In this document: piece by piece, positions 8,973 through 21,223 of the stretch | Position numbering within the stretch: the stretch's first letter is position 1 | How the letters are laid out: every line of letters starts with the position of its first letter | Assembly (NCBI GenBank): GCA_041496385.1 | Contig: JBGQEL010000021.1 | Coordinates: 1 to 55,210 of the forward strand | Direction: 5' to 3' | Length of the DNA stretch: 55,210 bases | From: Candidatus Methylomirabilia bacterium | Lineage (GTDB): Bacteria > Methylomirabilota > Methylomirabilia > Rokubacteriales > CSP1-6 | Notes under the pieces: model-generated | What the model was told of the DNA's origin: nothing | What the model saw: only the letters and a program-made list of their open reading frames with translations | Database searches by the model: none | Program-made: the position numbers and the translations under genes

Positions 8973-10373
8973 CTACCGGCCGCGGCGGCGCGCGGGCCGC
9001 GCCGGCTCCTCGTCGCGCGACTCGGCACCGCTGATCTCGGGCAGGCCCGCCTCCTTCAATGGCTTGCCGATGTGGTCGCGGATCCACTTCGCGTCCCACC
9101 ACTCGAGCGGCGTCACCGACACGCCGTTCACGAGCACCTCGAAATGGAGATGGTCGCCGATCGCCAGGCCGGTGCTCCCGGTGCGGCCGAGCTCCTGGCC
9201 CTTCTCGACCGCGTCGCCGACCTTCACCTCGATGCTCGAGAGGTGGGCGTAGAGTGTCTGGAGACCGAGCCCGTGGTCCACGATGACGGTGTTGCCGTAG
9301 ATCGCGAGCGGGCCGACGAAGCCGACGACGCCCGTGTTCGCGGCGGGCACGGGCGACAGCTTGGTGGACGCGAGGTCGAAGCCGTAGTGCACCTGCCGGT
9401 CGATCTCGCGGCCGCCGTAGACGTAGGTGCGCGTCTCGGCGAAGTTCGCGAAGACCTTCGTGTTGCGAGGCTGCGTGAACGCCCCGGCCCACAGGGGCTT
9501 GTCGGCGGTCGTGCCGCCGATCCGCCGCTTCTCCTCCTCCGCCTGCCGGCGGAGGTCCCGGTTGATCGTCAGGAAACCCTCGACGAGCGGCTTGTCGGCC
9601 GGGGACTGCGGGAGCAGCTCGGGCACCTTCGCCTGGAGGAAGGCGTCCTTGATCTCGATCGTGTCGCGCGGGAAGCGGCGCGGCTTGAACTCGACGGGGA
9701 TGCCGCGCGAGGCGACGTTGCCCGCCTCGTCCTCCGCCGTGATCGCGAGCGGGACGCCGGCCTCGACGTCCCAGGGCAGCGCGAAGAGCGCCACGCGCGC
9801 GCCGCGCTCGGCCGGCCCCCAGGCGAAGCTCGGCTGGACGAGCTTGGCGGCCGTCACCGCGGCCCGCGCGGCACCCGTGACGCGGAACGCGACGAGGCCG
9901 CTTCCGCCGGGCGAGACGTACCGGGTCGCCGCGAGGATCTCGATCTTCGGCGGGGTGAGGTCCACGGTGACCGGATAGCTCGCGATCGCGCGGTCGTTCA
10001 TGCGGAGCGGGCGCCAGAAGTCGTCGCGCGCCCACACCTCGAGGGTCGCGCCGCCCTCGCGGAGTCCGAGCGCCGCGCTCTCGAGCGTCAGCGGGATCTC
10101 GACGTGGCGCCCGAACGCGCCCTCCTGCCGGGCGAGGACCGTGGACTTCCCGCCCTGCACGATGCGGGCCTCGACGCGCGCGACGTTTCCGCGCCGCGCC
10201 TCGAGCGTGACGGTGAGCGTCGTCTTCTGGCCGACGAAGCGTGGGGGCGTGCCGACGGCGTGGACGCCGGGCACCGACTGGCGCCAGCCGAGATAGGACA
10301 CGGTACCCACGACCGAGAAGACGAGGAGGAGGAGCACGAGCAACCAGAACTTGGCGCGGGACGGCGGCGGCAC
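8973..10373 (-). CDS. M23 family metallopeptidase with N-terminal membrane anchor
   Basis: HYGFD (HxxxD), [15 protein letters not shown] and [14 protein letters not shown] (HxH) motifs. Start uncertain: GTG 10373 or ATG 10391. Confidence 0.9.
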   Translation of the reverse strand: MPPPSRAKFWLLVLLLLVFSVVGTVSYLGWRQSVPGVHAVGTPPRFVGQKTTLTVTLEARRGNVARVEARIVQGGKSTVLARQEGAFGRHVEIPLTLESAALGLREGGATLEVWARDDFWRPLRMNDRAIASYPVTVDLTPPKIEILAATRYVSPGGSGLVAFRVTGAARAAVTAAKLVQPSFAWGPAERGARVALFALPWDVEAGVPLAITAEDEAGNVASRGIPVEFKPRRFPRDTIEIKDAFLQAKVPELLPQSPADKPLVEGFLTINRDLRRQAEEEKRRIGGTTADKPLWAGAFTQPRNTKVFANFAETRTYVYGGREIDRQVHYGFDLASTKLSPVPAANTGVVGFVGPLAIYGNTVIVDHGLGLQTLYAHLSSIEVKVGDAVEKGQELGRTGSTGLAIGDHLHFEVLVNGVSVTPLEWWDAKWIRDHIGKPLKEAGLPEISGAESRDEEPARPARRRGR

Positions 10374-10422
10374 GGGAACGAATGATACCATGCCGCCGAA
10401 CGCCAACCCCGGGAGGCCCGCG

Positions 10423-10761
10423 ATGACCGTCACGCTCGCGCTCGGCTCCGCCGCGCTCTTCGTTCTCGCCGGACTCTGCGAGATCGGCGGCGGCTACCTC
10501 GTGTGGCTCTGGCTGCGCGACGGGCGGAGCGCCCTCCTCGGCGTCGCGGGCGCCCTCGTGCTGTGTCTCTACGGCGTGGTGCCGACCTTCCAGCCCGCGG
10601 CGTTCGGCCGGGTCTACGCCGCGTACGGCGGCGTCTTCGTCGTGCTCTCGCTCGCCTGGGGCTGGCGCGTCGCGGGCCAGGCGCCCGACCGGTTCGACCT
10701 CGCGGGCGGCGCCCTGTGTCTCGCGGGCGTCGCGGTCATCATGTACTGGCCGCGTGCTTGA
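10423..10761 (+). CDS. YnfA-family small membrane protein (SMR/DMT superfamily)
   Basis: [27 protein letters not shown] and PDRFD motifs; GGAGG SD. Confidence 0.93.
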   Translation: MTVTLALGSAALFVLAGLCEIGGGYLVWLWLRDGRSALLGVAGALVLCLYGVVPTFQPAAFGRVYAAYGGVFVVLSLAWGWRVAGQAPDRFDLAGGALCLAGVAVIMYWPRA

Positions 10762-10786
10762 CACCCCTGGGCGCCCTTCGTAGCAT
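10758..10786 (+). promoter_or_regulatory. sigma70 promoter for nuoLMN, probably giving a leaderless transcript
   Basis: TTGACA (10758-10763), 17 bp, TAGCAT (10781-10786), 6 nt, then GTG start at 10793; no SD. Confidence 0.7.
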
Positions 10787-10792
10787 GTCGCG

Positions 10793-12657
10793 GTGTCCAC
10801 CGTCTGGCTGATCCCAGCCTTTCCTCTCGCGGGCGCGCTCCTCAACATCTTCTTCGGCAAACTCATCGGGCGGCGCGCGCACTGGGTCGCCGTGCCCGCG
10901 GTGGCCGTCGCCTTCATCGCCTCGTGCGTCACGTTCGCGCACGTCTGGGACGGCGGGACCTTCACGCACCCGCTCTTCACGTGGATCGTCGCGGGCGCCT
11001 TCGAGGCGTCGGTCGTCGCGCACGTGGACCCGCTGACCGGCGTCATGCTGCTCGTCGTCACGGGCGTCGGCGCGTTGATCCACCTTTACTCGGCCGGCTA
11101 CATGCACGACGATCCCGGGTACGCGCGCTTCTTCGCGTATCTGAACCTGTTCGTCTTCTCGATGACGATGCTCGTGCTCGCCGGCAACTTCCTCCTCCTC
11201 TACGTCTTCTGGGAGGCGGTCGGCCTCTGCTCGTACCTCCTGATCGGCTTCTGGTACACGCGCCCGGCGGCGGCGCAGGCGGGGAAGAAGGCGTTCATCG
11301 TCAACCGCGTGGGCGATTTCGGCTTCGGGCTCGGGATCATGTGGCTCTGGACCGCGCTCGGGACGCTCGACTACGCCGCAGTGTTCAAGGGCGTCGAGGC
11401 GCTTCCGCCCGCGGCCGCGACGGGGATCGCGCTCCTCCTCTTCATGGGCGCCTGCGGCAAGTCGGCGCAGCTCCCGCTCCACACGTGGCTTCCCGACGCG
11501 ATGGAGGGCCCGACGCCGGTCTCCGCGCTCATCCACGCCGCGACGATGGTGACGGCGGGCGTGTACATGGTCGCGCGGAGCCACGCGATCTTCGAGCGCT
11601 CGGGCACGGCCCTCGAGGTCGTCGCGTGGGTCGGCGTCGCCACCGCGCTCTTCGCCGCGACGGTCGGCCTCGTGCAGACCGACATCAAGCGCGTGCTGGC
11701 CTACTCGACGGTGAGCCAGCTCGGCTACATGTTCGCCGCGGTGGGCCTGGGCGCCTACGCGGCGGGCGTCTTCCATCTGGTCACGCACGCCTTCTTCAAG
11801 GCGCTCCTCTTCCTCGGCGCCGGGAGCGTCATCCACGGGTTGGGCGGGGAGCAGGATCTCCGGAAGATGGGCGGGCTCTCGTCGCGGATGGTGACGACGA
11901 CGATCACGACGACCATCGGCGGGCTGGGGCTCGCCGGTGTTCCGGGGCTCGCCGGCTTCTTCTCGAAGGACGAGATCCTCGCCGCGGCCTTCCACGGCCA
12001 TCGCGCGATGTGGGCGCTCCTTCTGCTGGGCGCGTTCCTGACGGCCTTCTACACCGCGCGGCTGCTCTTCCTCGCCTTCTACAGCGGGCCGCGCATGTCG
12101 AAGGACGCGGCGCATCACGTCCACGAGTCGCCTCGGACGATGACGCTGCCGCTCTCCGTGCTCGCGCTCCTGACCGCGGCCACAGGCCTGGCGCTCGGCA
12201 TCCCGTCGGATCACGGGACGCGCTTCGAGCGCTTCCTGGCGCCCGTCTTTCCGCTGCGCGCCGAGGCGCACAGCGGATTCGTGGCGTACATGCTGCTGAT
12301 CCTCTCGGCCGTCGTCGTGGCCGCCGGGATCACGCTCGCGTGGTTCATGTACATGTCCACCCCCGTGCGCGCCGCGTCCGCGGGCGCGCCGCGCTCGCCG
12401 CTCCACGCATTCCTGCTGAACGCCTGGTACGTCGACCGTCTCTACGACACGGTCGTCGTGCGCCCGTTCTTCGCGCTGTGCGGGTTCCTCGCGCGGGTCT
12501 TCGATCTCGGGGTGATCGACGGGCTCGTGAACGGCCTCGGACGCGCCGTGCTCGGCGGCGCCGCCGCCCTGCGGCGGCTCCAGACGGGATACGTCGTGAA
12601 CTACGCGCTCACGATGCTGGCGGGCGCGGTCCTGGTCCTCGCGTTCCTCCTGAGCCG

Positions 12658-12661
<4 letters not shown>
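10793..12661 (+). CDS. nuoL: NADH-quinone oxidoreductase subunit L
   Basis: WEAVGLCSYLLIGFW, KAFIVNRVGD, GKSAQLPLHTWLPDAMEGPTPVSALIHAATMV and HAFFKALLFL motifs; C-terminal RRLQTGYV. Confidence 0.96.
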
Positions 12662-14147
<1,486 letters not shown>

Positions 14148-14151
<4 letters not shown>

Positions 14152-15596
14152 TCCCCGCCCCGCCCATCGCCCTCGGGCCGCTGCTCCCGGTGCTGATCGT
14201 CCTCGGCGCGGCGGGGCTCGTACTGCTCCTCGACCTCCTGCCGCGCGCGCTGGGGCGCGAGCTCGTCGCGACGGTCGCGCTGGCGGGCGTGGTGGGCGCG
14301 CTGCTGGTGTCGCTCGCGCGGTGGGGGACGCCGGGGCGCGCCTTCAACGACATGATCGTGGTCGACGAATTCGCGCTCTTCGTCAACGTCGTGATCTGCT
14401 ACGCCGCCGCGCTGGTCGTCCTGCTCTCGATCGACTATCTCGGGCGGAGCGGGACGGAGACGGGCGAGTACTACGCGCTCGTCCTCTTCGCGACGAGCGG
14501 CATGATGCTGCTGGCCGCGGCCGGCGACCTCATCGTGCTCTTCCTGGCGCTCGAGCTCATGTCCCTCTCGCTCTACGTCCTCGCCGGTCTCTTCAAGCGG
14601 GAGCTCGCGTCGTCCGAGGCGTCGATGAAATACTTCATCCTCGGCGCGTTCGCCGCCTCGTTCCTGCTCTACGGGATCGCGCTGATCTACGGGGCGACGG
14701 GGACGACGAACCTGGACCGGATCGCCTCGGCGTCGGTCGGCCGCGCCCACGAGCCGCTGCTCGTCGTGGGGCTCGGCCTCCTGCTCGTCGGCTTCGGCTT
14801 CAAGATCTCGTCGGTGCCCTTCCACATGTGGACGCCGGACGTCTATCAGGGCGCGCCGACGAGCGTGACCGCGCTCATCGCGACCGGGTCGAAGGCGGCG
14901 GCGTTCGCGGCGCTGATCCGCGTGCTCGTCACGGCCCTCCGCGGCGCCCAGCCCGACTGGACGCCGCTCCTCTGGGGCGTCGCGGTGCTCACGATGACGG
15001 TGGGCAACGTGGTCGCGATCGCGCAGTCGAACCTCAAGCGCATGCTCGCCTACTCGTCGATCGCCCACGCGGGGTACATGCTCGTCGGGGTCGTCGCCGG
15101 CGGGAGCGCCGGGACGGGCGCGGTGCTCTTCTACCTGCTCACGTACACGTTCACGACGGCGGGAGCCTTCGGCGTCATCACGCTGTGCGAGCGGGCGCGG
15201 GCCGAGGCGGTGGAGGTCGACGACTACGCCGGGCTCGGGCGGCGCCACCCCCTGCTCGCCGCGGGCCTGGGCCTCTTCCTCCTGTCGCTGATCGGCATTC
15301 CGCCGCTCGCCGGCTTCGTCGGGAAGTTCTACCTGTTCGGCGCGGCCGTGCGCGCCGGATACGTCTGGCTCGCCGTCATCGGCGTGCTCAACTCCGCGGT
15401 CGCGGCGTATTACTATCTCCGCGTGATCGTCTACATGTACATGCGCGAGCCGGACGGAGCCGGTGCCGCGCTGGTGCCCTCGTTCGCCGGCGGCCTCGCG
15501 CTGGCGATCGCGCTGGTCGGCATCGTGCTGCTCGGCCTGATGCCCGCGCCCTTCGTGGACCTCGCCCAGGCCGCCGTCGCGCCCCTGCTGCGCTGA
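14148..15596 (+). CDS. nuoN: NADH-quinone oxidoreductase subunit N
   Basis: LELMSLSLY, EASMKYFILG, FKISSVPFHMWTPDVYQGAP, KRMLAYSSIAH and GIPPLAGFVGK motifs; GTGA overlap. Confidence 0.96.
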
Positions 15597-15634
15597 GGCG
15601 GCGCGATGGGGCGGAACGTCCGGGCCGCGCGCGC

Positions 15635-16417
15635 GTGAGGCTCCGGCTTCCGCATCGCGGCTGGCTCCTCGACCTCGACGGCACCGTCTACCGGGGCGCG
15701 GCGCTCGTCCCGGGCGCCGACGAGGCGATCGCCGGGCTGCGCCGCGCGGGCCGCCGCGTCGCGTTTCTCTCGAACAAGCCCCTCGACACGCGCGCCGACT
15801 ACGCGGCGAAGCTGACGCGCCTCGGGATCCCGACCGCGGCGGACGACGTGATCAACTCCTCGCTCGTGCTCGCCCGCCACCTGGCCCGGCTCGATCCCGG
15901 CGCGCCGGTGTTCGTCATCGGCGAGCCTCCGCTGCTCGGGGAGCTGCGCGCGCACGGCCTCGAGGTGCGCGCGGACGCGCGGGTGCGCTGGGTCGTGATC
16001 GCGTTCGACCGGACCTTCGACTACGCGAAGCTCAACACAGCGCTGCAGGCGGTGCGCGGCGGCGCGGGGCTGATCGCCACCAACGCCGACCGGACGTGCC
16101 CGACGGAGGAGGGCGAGATCCCCGACTGCGCGGGCATGATCGCCGCCGTCGAGGCGGTGACCGGGCGGCGGGTCGAGACCGTCGTCGGCAAGCCCTCGCC
16201 GATCATCCTCGAGGTCGCGCTCGCGCGGCTGGGCGTTCCGGCCGCGGACTGCGTGATCGTCGGCGACCGGATCGAGACCGACATCGCGATGGGCAAGCGC
16301 GGCGGTCTCGCGACCGTGCTCGTGCTCACGGGCGTGACGCGCCCCGACGATCCGCGCATCGCCGGACTCGGCGCCGACCTCGTGCTAGGATCGATCGGAG
16401 AAATCTTCGAGCGATGA
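15635..16417 (+). CDS. HAD-IIA family phosphatase (NagD/AraL-like)
   Basis: DLDGTVY, LSNK, IATNAD, VGKPS and VGDRIETDI motifs. Confidence 0.92.
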   Translation: MRLRLPHRGWLLDLDGTVYRGAALVPGADEAIAGLRRAGRRVAFLSNKPLDTRADYAAKLTRLGIPTAADDVINSSLVLARHLARLDPGAPVFVIGEPPLLGELRAHGLEVRADARVRWVVIAFDRTFDYAKLNTALQAVRGGAGLIATNADRTCPTEEGEIPDCAGMIAAVEAVTGRRVETVVGKPSPIILEVALARLGVPAADCVIVGDRIETDIAMGKRGGLATVLVLTGVTRPDDPRIAGLGADLVLGSIGEIFER

Positions 16418-18042
16418 ACGCCCCGATCCGGACGCTCGCCGACGCCGACTACGACGTCGTCATCGTCGGCGGCGGTATGGCCGGCGCCGGCTGCGCGCGC
16501 GACCTGGCGCTCCGCGGCCTCTCGGTGGCGCTCGTGGAGAAGGGCGATTTCGCCTCGGGGACGACCGCGTACTCCTCCAAGCTGATCCACGGCGGCCTGC
16601 GGTACCTCGAGCTCTTCGATTTCGGCCTCGTGCGCGAGTCGCTCCGCGAGCGGGAGACGCTCGGCCGCCTCGCGCCCCATCTCGTCCGTCCGCTCCCGTT
16701 CCTGGTGCCGATCTACCGCGCCTCGTCGCGCAGCCTCGTGAAGGTGCGGATCGGCCTCCGGGTCTACGACTGGCTGACGCCGGGCCGGAACCGGGAGCGC
16801 TATCGCGTGCTCCGGCCGATCGACACGCTCTCGCTCGAGCCCGCGATCCGCGCCGAGGACCTGCGCGGGGCCGGCTACTACTTCGACGACCTGCTCGTGT
16901 TCCCCGAGCGGCTCTGCCTCGAGAACGTGCTCTCCGCCTGCCGCCACGGCGCGCGCGCCTTCAACTACGCGCACGTGGAGGGGATCGTGCGCGACACCAG
17001 GGGCGCCCTCGCGGGCGTGCGCGTGCGCGATCTCCTCACGGATCGGGTGGTGCGCCTCGGGGCGCGCGTCGTCGTCAACGCGACCGGGCCGTGGGTGGAC
17101 GAGCTCCGCGCGCTCGCCGGTGTCGCGGAGCGCGGCCCGCGCGTGCTCCGCCGGACGAAGGGCATCCACTGCCTGCTGCCGCGGCTGACCGAGCGCGCGA
17201 TCTATCACGCGACGAGCGACGACCGGATGATCTTCGTCATCCCGTGGCGCGAGTTCTCGCTCGTCGGCACGACCGACACCGACTTCGACGGCGACCTCGA
17301 CCGCCTGCACGCAACCCGGGACGAGGTGAGCTATCTGCTCGGCGAGGTGCGCAAGGTGCTCCCGGACCCGCGCGTCGCCTTCGAGCAGGTCGCCTACACC
17401 TACGCCGGCGTGCGCCCGCTCTCCTGGGAGGCGGGCAAGCGCGAGTCGGACGTGTCGCGCGCCCACAAGGTCGTCCCGGAGGAGGGCGGGCGGTTTCTCT
17501 CGATCACCGGCACCAAGCTCACGTGCTTCCGGAGCCTCGCGGCCGCGCTCGGCGATCAGGTCGCGCGCACGCTCGGGCGGGGTGGACCGGCGCGGACGGA
17601 CCGGCTCACGCTCGACGGGCTCGACGAGGAGGCGGGGCGCGTCGAGGCGCGCGCCTGGCTCGACGTCGGACCCGAGCTCGCCGCCTCGGGCCTCGCGCGC
17701 GAGACCCTCGAGACGCTGGCGACGCTCCACGGGCGCGCGTACCCGCGCGTCATCGACCTCGCGGGCAAGGTGCCCGGCGGCGCCGAGCGGCTCTGCCCGT
17801 CGAATCCGGATATCGTCGCCCAGCTCCACCTGGCGGTGCAGGAGGAGCTGGCGGTCTCGCTCCAGGACGTCCTGCTCCGGCGCACGGTGATCGGCACGAG
17901 CCGCTGCCAGGGCGCGGACTGCGCCGAGGCGATCGGCGGGCGCATGGCCCAGCTTCTCGGCTGGACGCCGCGGCGCCTCGCCGCCGAGCTCGAGGCCTAC
18001 TACGCCTACGTCGCCCGCTCGCACAAATTCAAGGCGTCATAG
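16414..18042 (+). CDS. glpD: FAD-dependent glycerol-3-phosphate dehydrogenase/oxidase
   Basis: DFASGTTAYSSKLIHGGLRYLE, VNATGPW, GTTDT and YAGVRPL motifs. Confidence 0.93.
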   Translation: MNAPIRTLADADYDVVIVGGGMAGAGCARDLALRGLSVALVEKGDFASGTTAYSSKLIHGGLRYLELFDFGLVRESLRERETLGRLAPHLVRPLPFLVPIYRASSRSLVKVRIGLRVYDWLTPGRNRERYRVLRPIDTLSLEPAIRAEDLRGAGYYFDDLLVFPERLCLENVLSACRHGARAFNYAHVEGIVRDTRGALAGVRVRDLLTDRVVRLGARVVVNATGPWVDELRALAGVAERGPRVLRRTKGIHCLLPRLTERAIYHATSDDRMIFVIPWREFSLVGTTDTDFDGDLDRLHATRDEVSYLLGEVRKVLPDPRVAFEQVAYTYAGVRPLSWEAGKRESDVSRAHKVVPEEGGRFLSITGTKLTCFRSLAAALGDQVARTLGRGGPARTDRLTLDGLDEEAGRVEARAWLDVGPELAASGLARETLETLATLHGRAYPRVIDLAGKVPGGAERLCPSNPDIVAQLHLAVQEELAVSLQDVLLRRTVIGTSRCQGADCAEAIGGRMAQLLGWTPRRLAAELEAYYAYVARSHKFKAS

Positions 18043-18067
18043 GAGCGTCATGAGCGTGTGCTATAGT
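18034..18067 (+). promoter_or_regulatory. Pho-box-like direct repeat plus extended -10 promoter for the ugp operon
   Basis: GCGTCAT-AGGA-GCGTCAT (11-bp period), then exactly 10 bp, then TATAGT (18062-18067) preceded by TG. Confidence 0.65.
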
Positions 18068-18115
18068 GCGGCGCACTTGACGCGTCACCGACATCGGTCG
18101 CGCATGGAGGTCTGC

Positions 18116-19426
18116 ATGAAGCGATGGGCCGGCATCGTCGCCGCTCTGACCGCCGTCGTGCTCCTGGGCGCTCCCGCTCCCTCGTTCGCGAAGACCGAGA
18201 TCCATTTCTGGCACGCGATGGGGGGCCAGCTCGGCGAGACCGTCAACGAGTTGGTGAAGCAGTTCAACCAGGGCCAGTCGGAGTACGAGGTCAAGCCGCT
18301 GAACAAGGGGACGTACCCGGAGGTTCTCACCGGCGCCATCGCGGCGTATCGGCAGAAGAACCCGCCCCACATCGTCCAGATGTTCGACGTCGGGACGCAG
18401 ACCATGCTGATGTCGGGCGCGATCCATCCGATCTTCCAGCTGATGAAGGAGCAGGAGATCGTGGTGGACTGGGGCGACTTCATCAAGCCGGTCACGGGCT
18501 ACTACTCCAAGGACGGCAACCTCTACTCGATGCCGTTCAACTCGTCGAGCCCGATCCTCTACTACAACAAGGACGCCTTCAAGAAGGCGGGACTCGCCGA
18601 CAAGCCGCCCGCGACCTGGAAGGAGGTCGGCGAGGCCTCCAAGAAGATCATCGCGGCGGGCGCCGCGAAGTGCGGCTTCACGACGTCGTGGCCGTCGTGG
18701 ACGATGCTCGAGAACACCTTCCCGTGGCACGACCAGCCCTTCGCGACCAACCAGAACGGCTACACCGGCCTGGACACCAAGCTCCTGATCAACGGCGAGT
18801 TCGGCGTGAAGCACATCGGCCAGCTCGCCGCGTGGCAGAAGGAAGGCGTCTACTCCTATGGCGGTCGCCAGGGCCAGCCCGACCCGAAGTTCATCAACGG
18901 TGACTGCGCGATGCTCGTGCAGTCGTCGGCCGTGATCGGCGGCTTCAAGAAGTCGCTGAAGTTCGAGTGGGGCACCGGCCAGTTGCCACACTGGGGCCCG
19001 CCCTACAAGAAGCAGAACGCGATCGTCGGCGGCGGCACGCTCTGGGTGATGAAGGGGCACAAGAGCCTCGACTACAAGGGCGTGGCCCAGTTCATGAAGT
19101 ACATCGCCGAGCCGCACCAGCAGATGTGGTGGAGCGTCACGACCGGCTATGTGCCCGTCACGCACACGGCGATCAAGAACCTGGAAGCCGGTTACCACTT
19201 CAAGAAGAACCCCGAGCAGTGGACCGCGCTCAGCCAGCTCTCCGCCAAGCCCACGCCCAACAGCCTGGGCCACCGCCTCGGGAACTTCGTGCAGATCCGC
19301 GAGGCGATCGAGAGCGAGATGGAGAGCGTCTTCGCTGGCAAGAAGACCACGAAGGAAGGGCTCGACGCCGCGGTCGCGAAGGGGAACGAGATCCTCAAGG
19401 AGTTCGCCGCCGCGAACAAGCCATAG
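18116..19426 (+). CDS. ugpB: sn-glycerol-3-phosphate ABC transporter substrate-binding protein
   Basis: Signal peptide; EIHFWHAMGG, PPHIVQMFDVGT, SMPFNSSSPILYYNKDAFKKAGL and RLGNFVQIR are UgpB-typical. Confidence 0.93.
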   Translation: MKRWAGIVAALTAVVLLGAPAPSFAKTEIHFWHAMGGQLGETVNELVKQFNQGQSEYEVKPLNKGTYPEVLTGAIAAYRQKNPPHIVQMFDVGTQTMLMSGAIHPIFQLMKEQEIVVDWGDFIKPVTGYYSKDGNLYSMPFNSSSPILYYNKDAFKKAGLADKPPATWKEVGEASKKIIAAGAAKCGFTTSWPSWTMLENTFPWHDQPFATNQNGYTGLDTKLLINGEFGVKHIGQLAAWQKEGVYSYGGRQGQPDPKFINGDCAMLVQSSAVIGGFKKSLKFEWGTGQLPHWGPPYKKQNAIVGGGTLWVMKGHKSLDYKGVAQFMKYIAEPHQQMWWSVTTGYVPVTHTAIKNLEAGYHFKKNPEQWTALSQLSAKPTPNSLGHRLGNFVQIREAIESEMESVFAGKKTTKEGLDAAVAKGNEILKEFAAANKP

Positions 19427-19442
19427 TCTGGCGCGCGTGGCG

Positions 19443-20327
19443 ATGAAGCGGGCCGTCTTCAAGAGCCGGTGGTTGCCGTATCTGCTGGTGCTGCCCCAGA
19501 TCGCGGTGACGATCGTCTTCTTCTTCTGGCCCGCCCTCGAGTCGCTGCGCCTCTCGTTCTTCCGGACCTCTCCCTTCGGCGACAAGACCTTCTTCGTCGG
19601 GCTCGAGAACTTCCGGAAGCTGCTCGTCTCGGCGGAGTACTACCAGTCGATCGTGAACACATTCGTGTTCGCCTTCGGCGTCACCGCGCTCGGCCTGGGG
19701 ATGGGCCTCTTCGTCGCCGCGCTCGCCACCCAGAAGGTCCGCGGGCTCGCCGCGTACCGGACGGCGGTGCTCTGGCCCTACGGTATCGCGCCGCCCATCG
19801 CGGGCATCATCTTCCTCTTCATCTTTCACCCCTCGTACGGCGTGCTCCCGTACTGGCTGTCGTTCGTGGTGTCGTACGAGTTCAACTGGCTCCTGAAGGG
19901 CTGGGTGGCGATGGCGCTCGTGATCGTCGCGACGGCGTGGACCCACGTCGGCTACAACATCGCCTTCTTCCTCGCCGGCCTGCTGGCCATTCCGGCCTCG
20001 GTGCTCGAGGCCGCGAGCGTCGACGGCGCGGGCGCCGTCCGGCGCTTCGGCTCCATCATCTTCCCGCTGCTCTCGCCGATCACCTTCTACCTGCTCGTCG
20101 TGAACCTGATCTTCTCGTTCTTCGGCTCCTTCGGCGTGATCCACGCCGTCACCCAGGGGGGGCCGGGCCGCGCGACCGAGATCATGGTCTTCAAGGTGTA
20201 CAACGACGGCTTCATCGGGCTCAACCTGGGGTCGTCCGCCGCCCAGTCGGTGCTGCTGATGCTCGTCGTGATCGCCCTGACCGCGGTGCAGTTCCGCTTC
20301 GTCGAGAAGCGGGTGACGTACTCGTGA
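19443..20327 (+). CDS. ugpA: G3P ABC transporter permease
   Basis: WLPYLLVLPQIAVTIVFFFWPA; EAA loop EAASVDGA; PLLSPITFYLLV. Confidence 0.92.
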   Translation: MKRAVFKSRWLPYLLVLPQIAVTIVFFFWPALESLRLSFFRTSPFGDKTFFVGLENFRKLLVSAEYYQSIVNTFVFAFGVTALGLGMGLFVAALATQKVRGLAAYRTAVLWPYGIAPPIAGIIFLFIFHPSYGVLPYWLSFVVSYEFNWLLKGWVAMALVIVATAWTHVGYNIAFFLAGLLAIPASVLEAASVDGAGAVRRFGSIIFPLLSPITFYLLVVNLIFSFFGSFGVIHAVTQGGPGRATEIMVFKVYNDGFIGLNLGSSAAQSVLLMLVVIALTAVQFRFVEKRVTYS

Positions 20328-21223
20328 GCCCGGACGGTGCGCTTGCCGCCGCGGCGCGCGTCGGGGTGCTGCCGCGGGCGTCCGCCGCGCGGCGCCCCGC
20401 GCGGTTCGACTGGGGCGCCGTCGTCGTGCACGCGCTCCTGCTCGCCTGCGTGGCCGTGATCGCCTTCCCGCTCTACTACGCGTTCGTGATCTCGACCCAG
20501 ACCGTCGAGGAGGTCATCGCGCGGCCGCCGGTCTTGAGACCGTCGGGGCACATGTTCCAGAACTACGTCGACGCGTGGAATCGCGCCCACATGGCGCGGC
20601 TGTTCTGGAACAGCGCGATCGTGGCCGTCGTGTCGGCCGTCGGCAAGATCGCCATCTCGATGCTCTCGGCCTTCGCCATCGTCTACTTCGACTTCCGCGG
20701 GAAGACGGTCGCCTTCTGGATGATCTTCATCACGCTCATGCTCCCGGTCGAGGTCCGCATCATGTCCACCTACGAGGTGATCGGCAACCTCGGCTGGCTC
20801 AACTCCTATGCCGGACTCACCGTCCCCCTGATGGCGTCCGCGACCGCGACGTTCCTCTTCCGTCAGTTCTACATGACCGTGCCCAACGAACTGGTGGAAG
20901 CGGCGCAGCTCGACGGGGTCGGACCGCTGCGCTTCCTCTGGTCGTTCCTGTTGCCGCTCTCCTGGGCGAACATCGCCGCGCTCTTCGTCGTCCTCTTCAT
21001 CTTCGGCTGGAACCAGTACCTCTGGCCCTTGATGATCACGAACACGGAGGCGATGCGCGTCGTCGTCATCGGGCTTCAAGACCTGATTCCGCGCACCGGC
21101 ACGCACATCCCGGAGTGGAATATCATGATGGCCGCCGCGATGATGGCGCTGCTGCCCCCGGTGGCGGTCATCCTCTTCATGCAGCGCTGGTTCGTGAAGG
21201 GCCTGATCGAGACCGAGAAGTAG
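20324..21223 (+). CDS. ugpE: G3P ABC transporter permease
   Basis: GKIAISMLSAFAIVYF, LMLPVEVRI, SATATFLFRQF, EAAQLDG and QRWFVKGLIETEK motifs; start uncertain. Confidence 0.92.
   Translation: MSPDGALAAAARVGVLPRASAARRPARFDWGAVVVHALLLACVAVIAFPLYYAFVISTQTVEEVIARPPVLRPSGHMFQNYVDAWNRAHMARLFWNSAIVAVVSAVGKIAISMLSAFAIVYFDFRGKTVAFWMIFITLMLPVEVRIMSTYEVIGNLGWLNSYAGLTVPLMASATATFLFRQFYMTVPNELVEAAQLDGVGPLRFLWSFLLPLSWANIAALFVVLFIFGWNQYLWPLMITNTEAMRVVVIGLQDLIPRTGTHIPEWNIMMAAAMMALLPPVAVILFMQRWFVKGLIETEK

Noticed and set aside
20358..20402. Possible inverted copy of the junction repeat in the ugpE N-terminal extension
   Set aside because: Only about 27/40 columns match and gaps are needed in very GC-rich sequence; not distinguishable from chance without an HMM.
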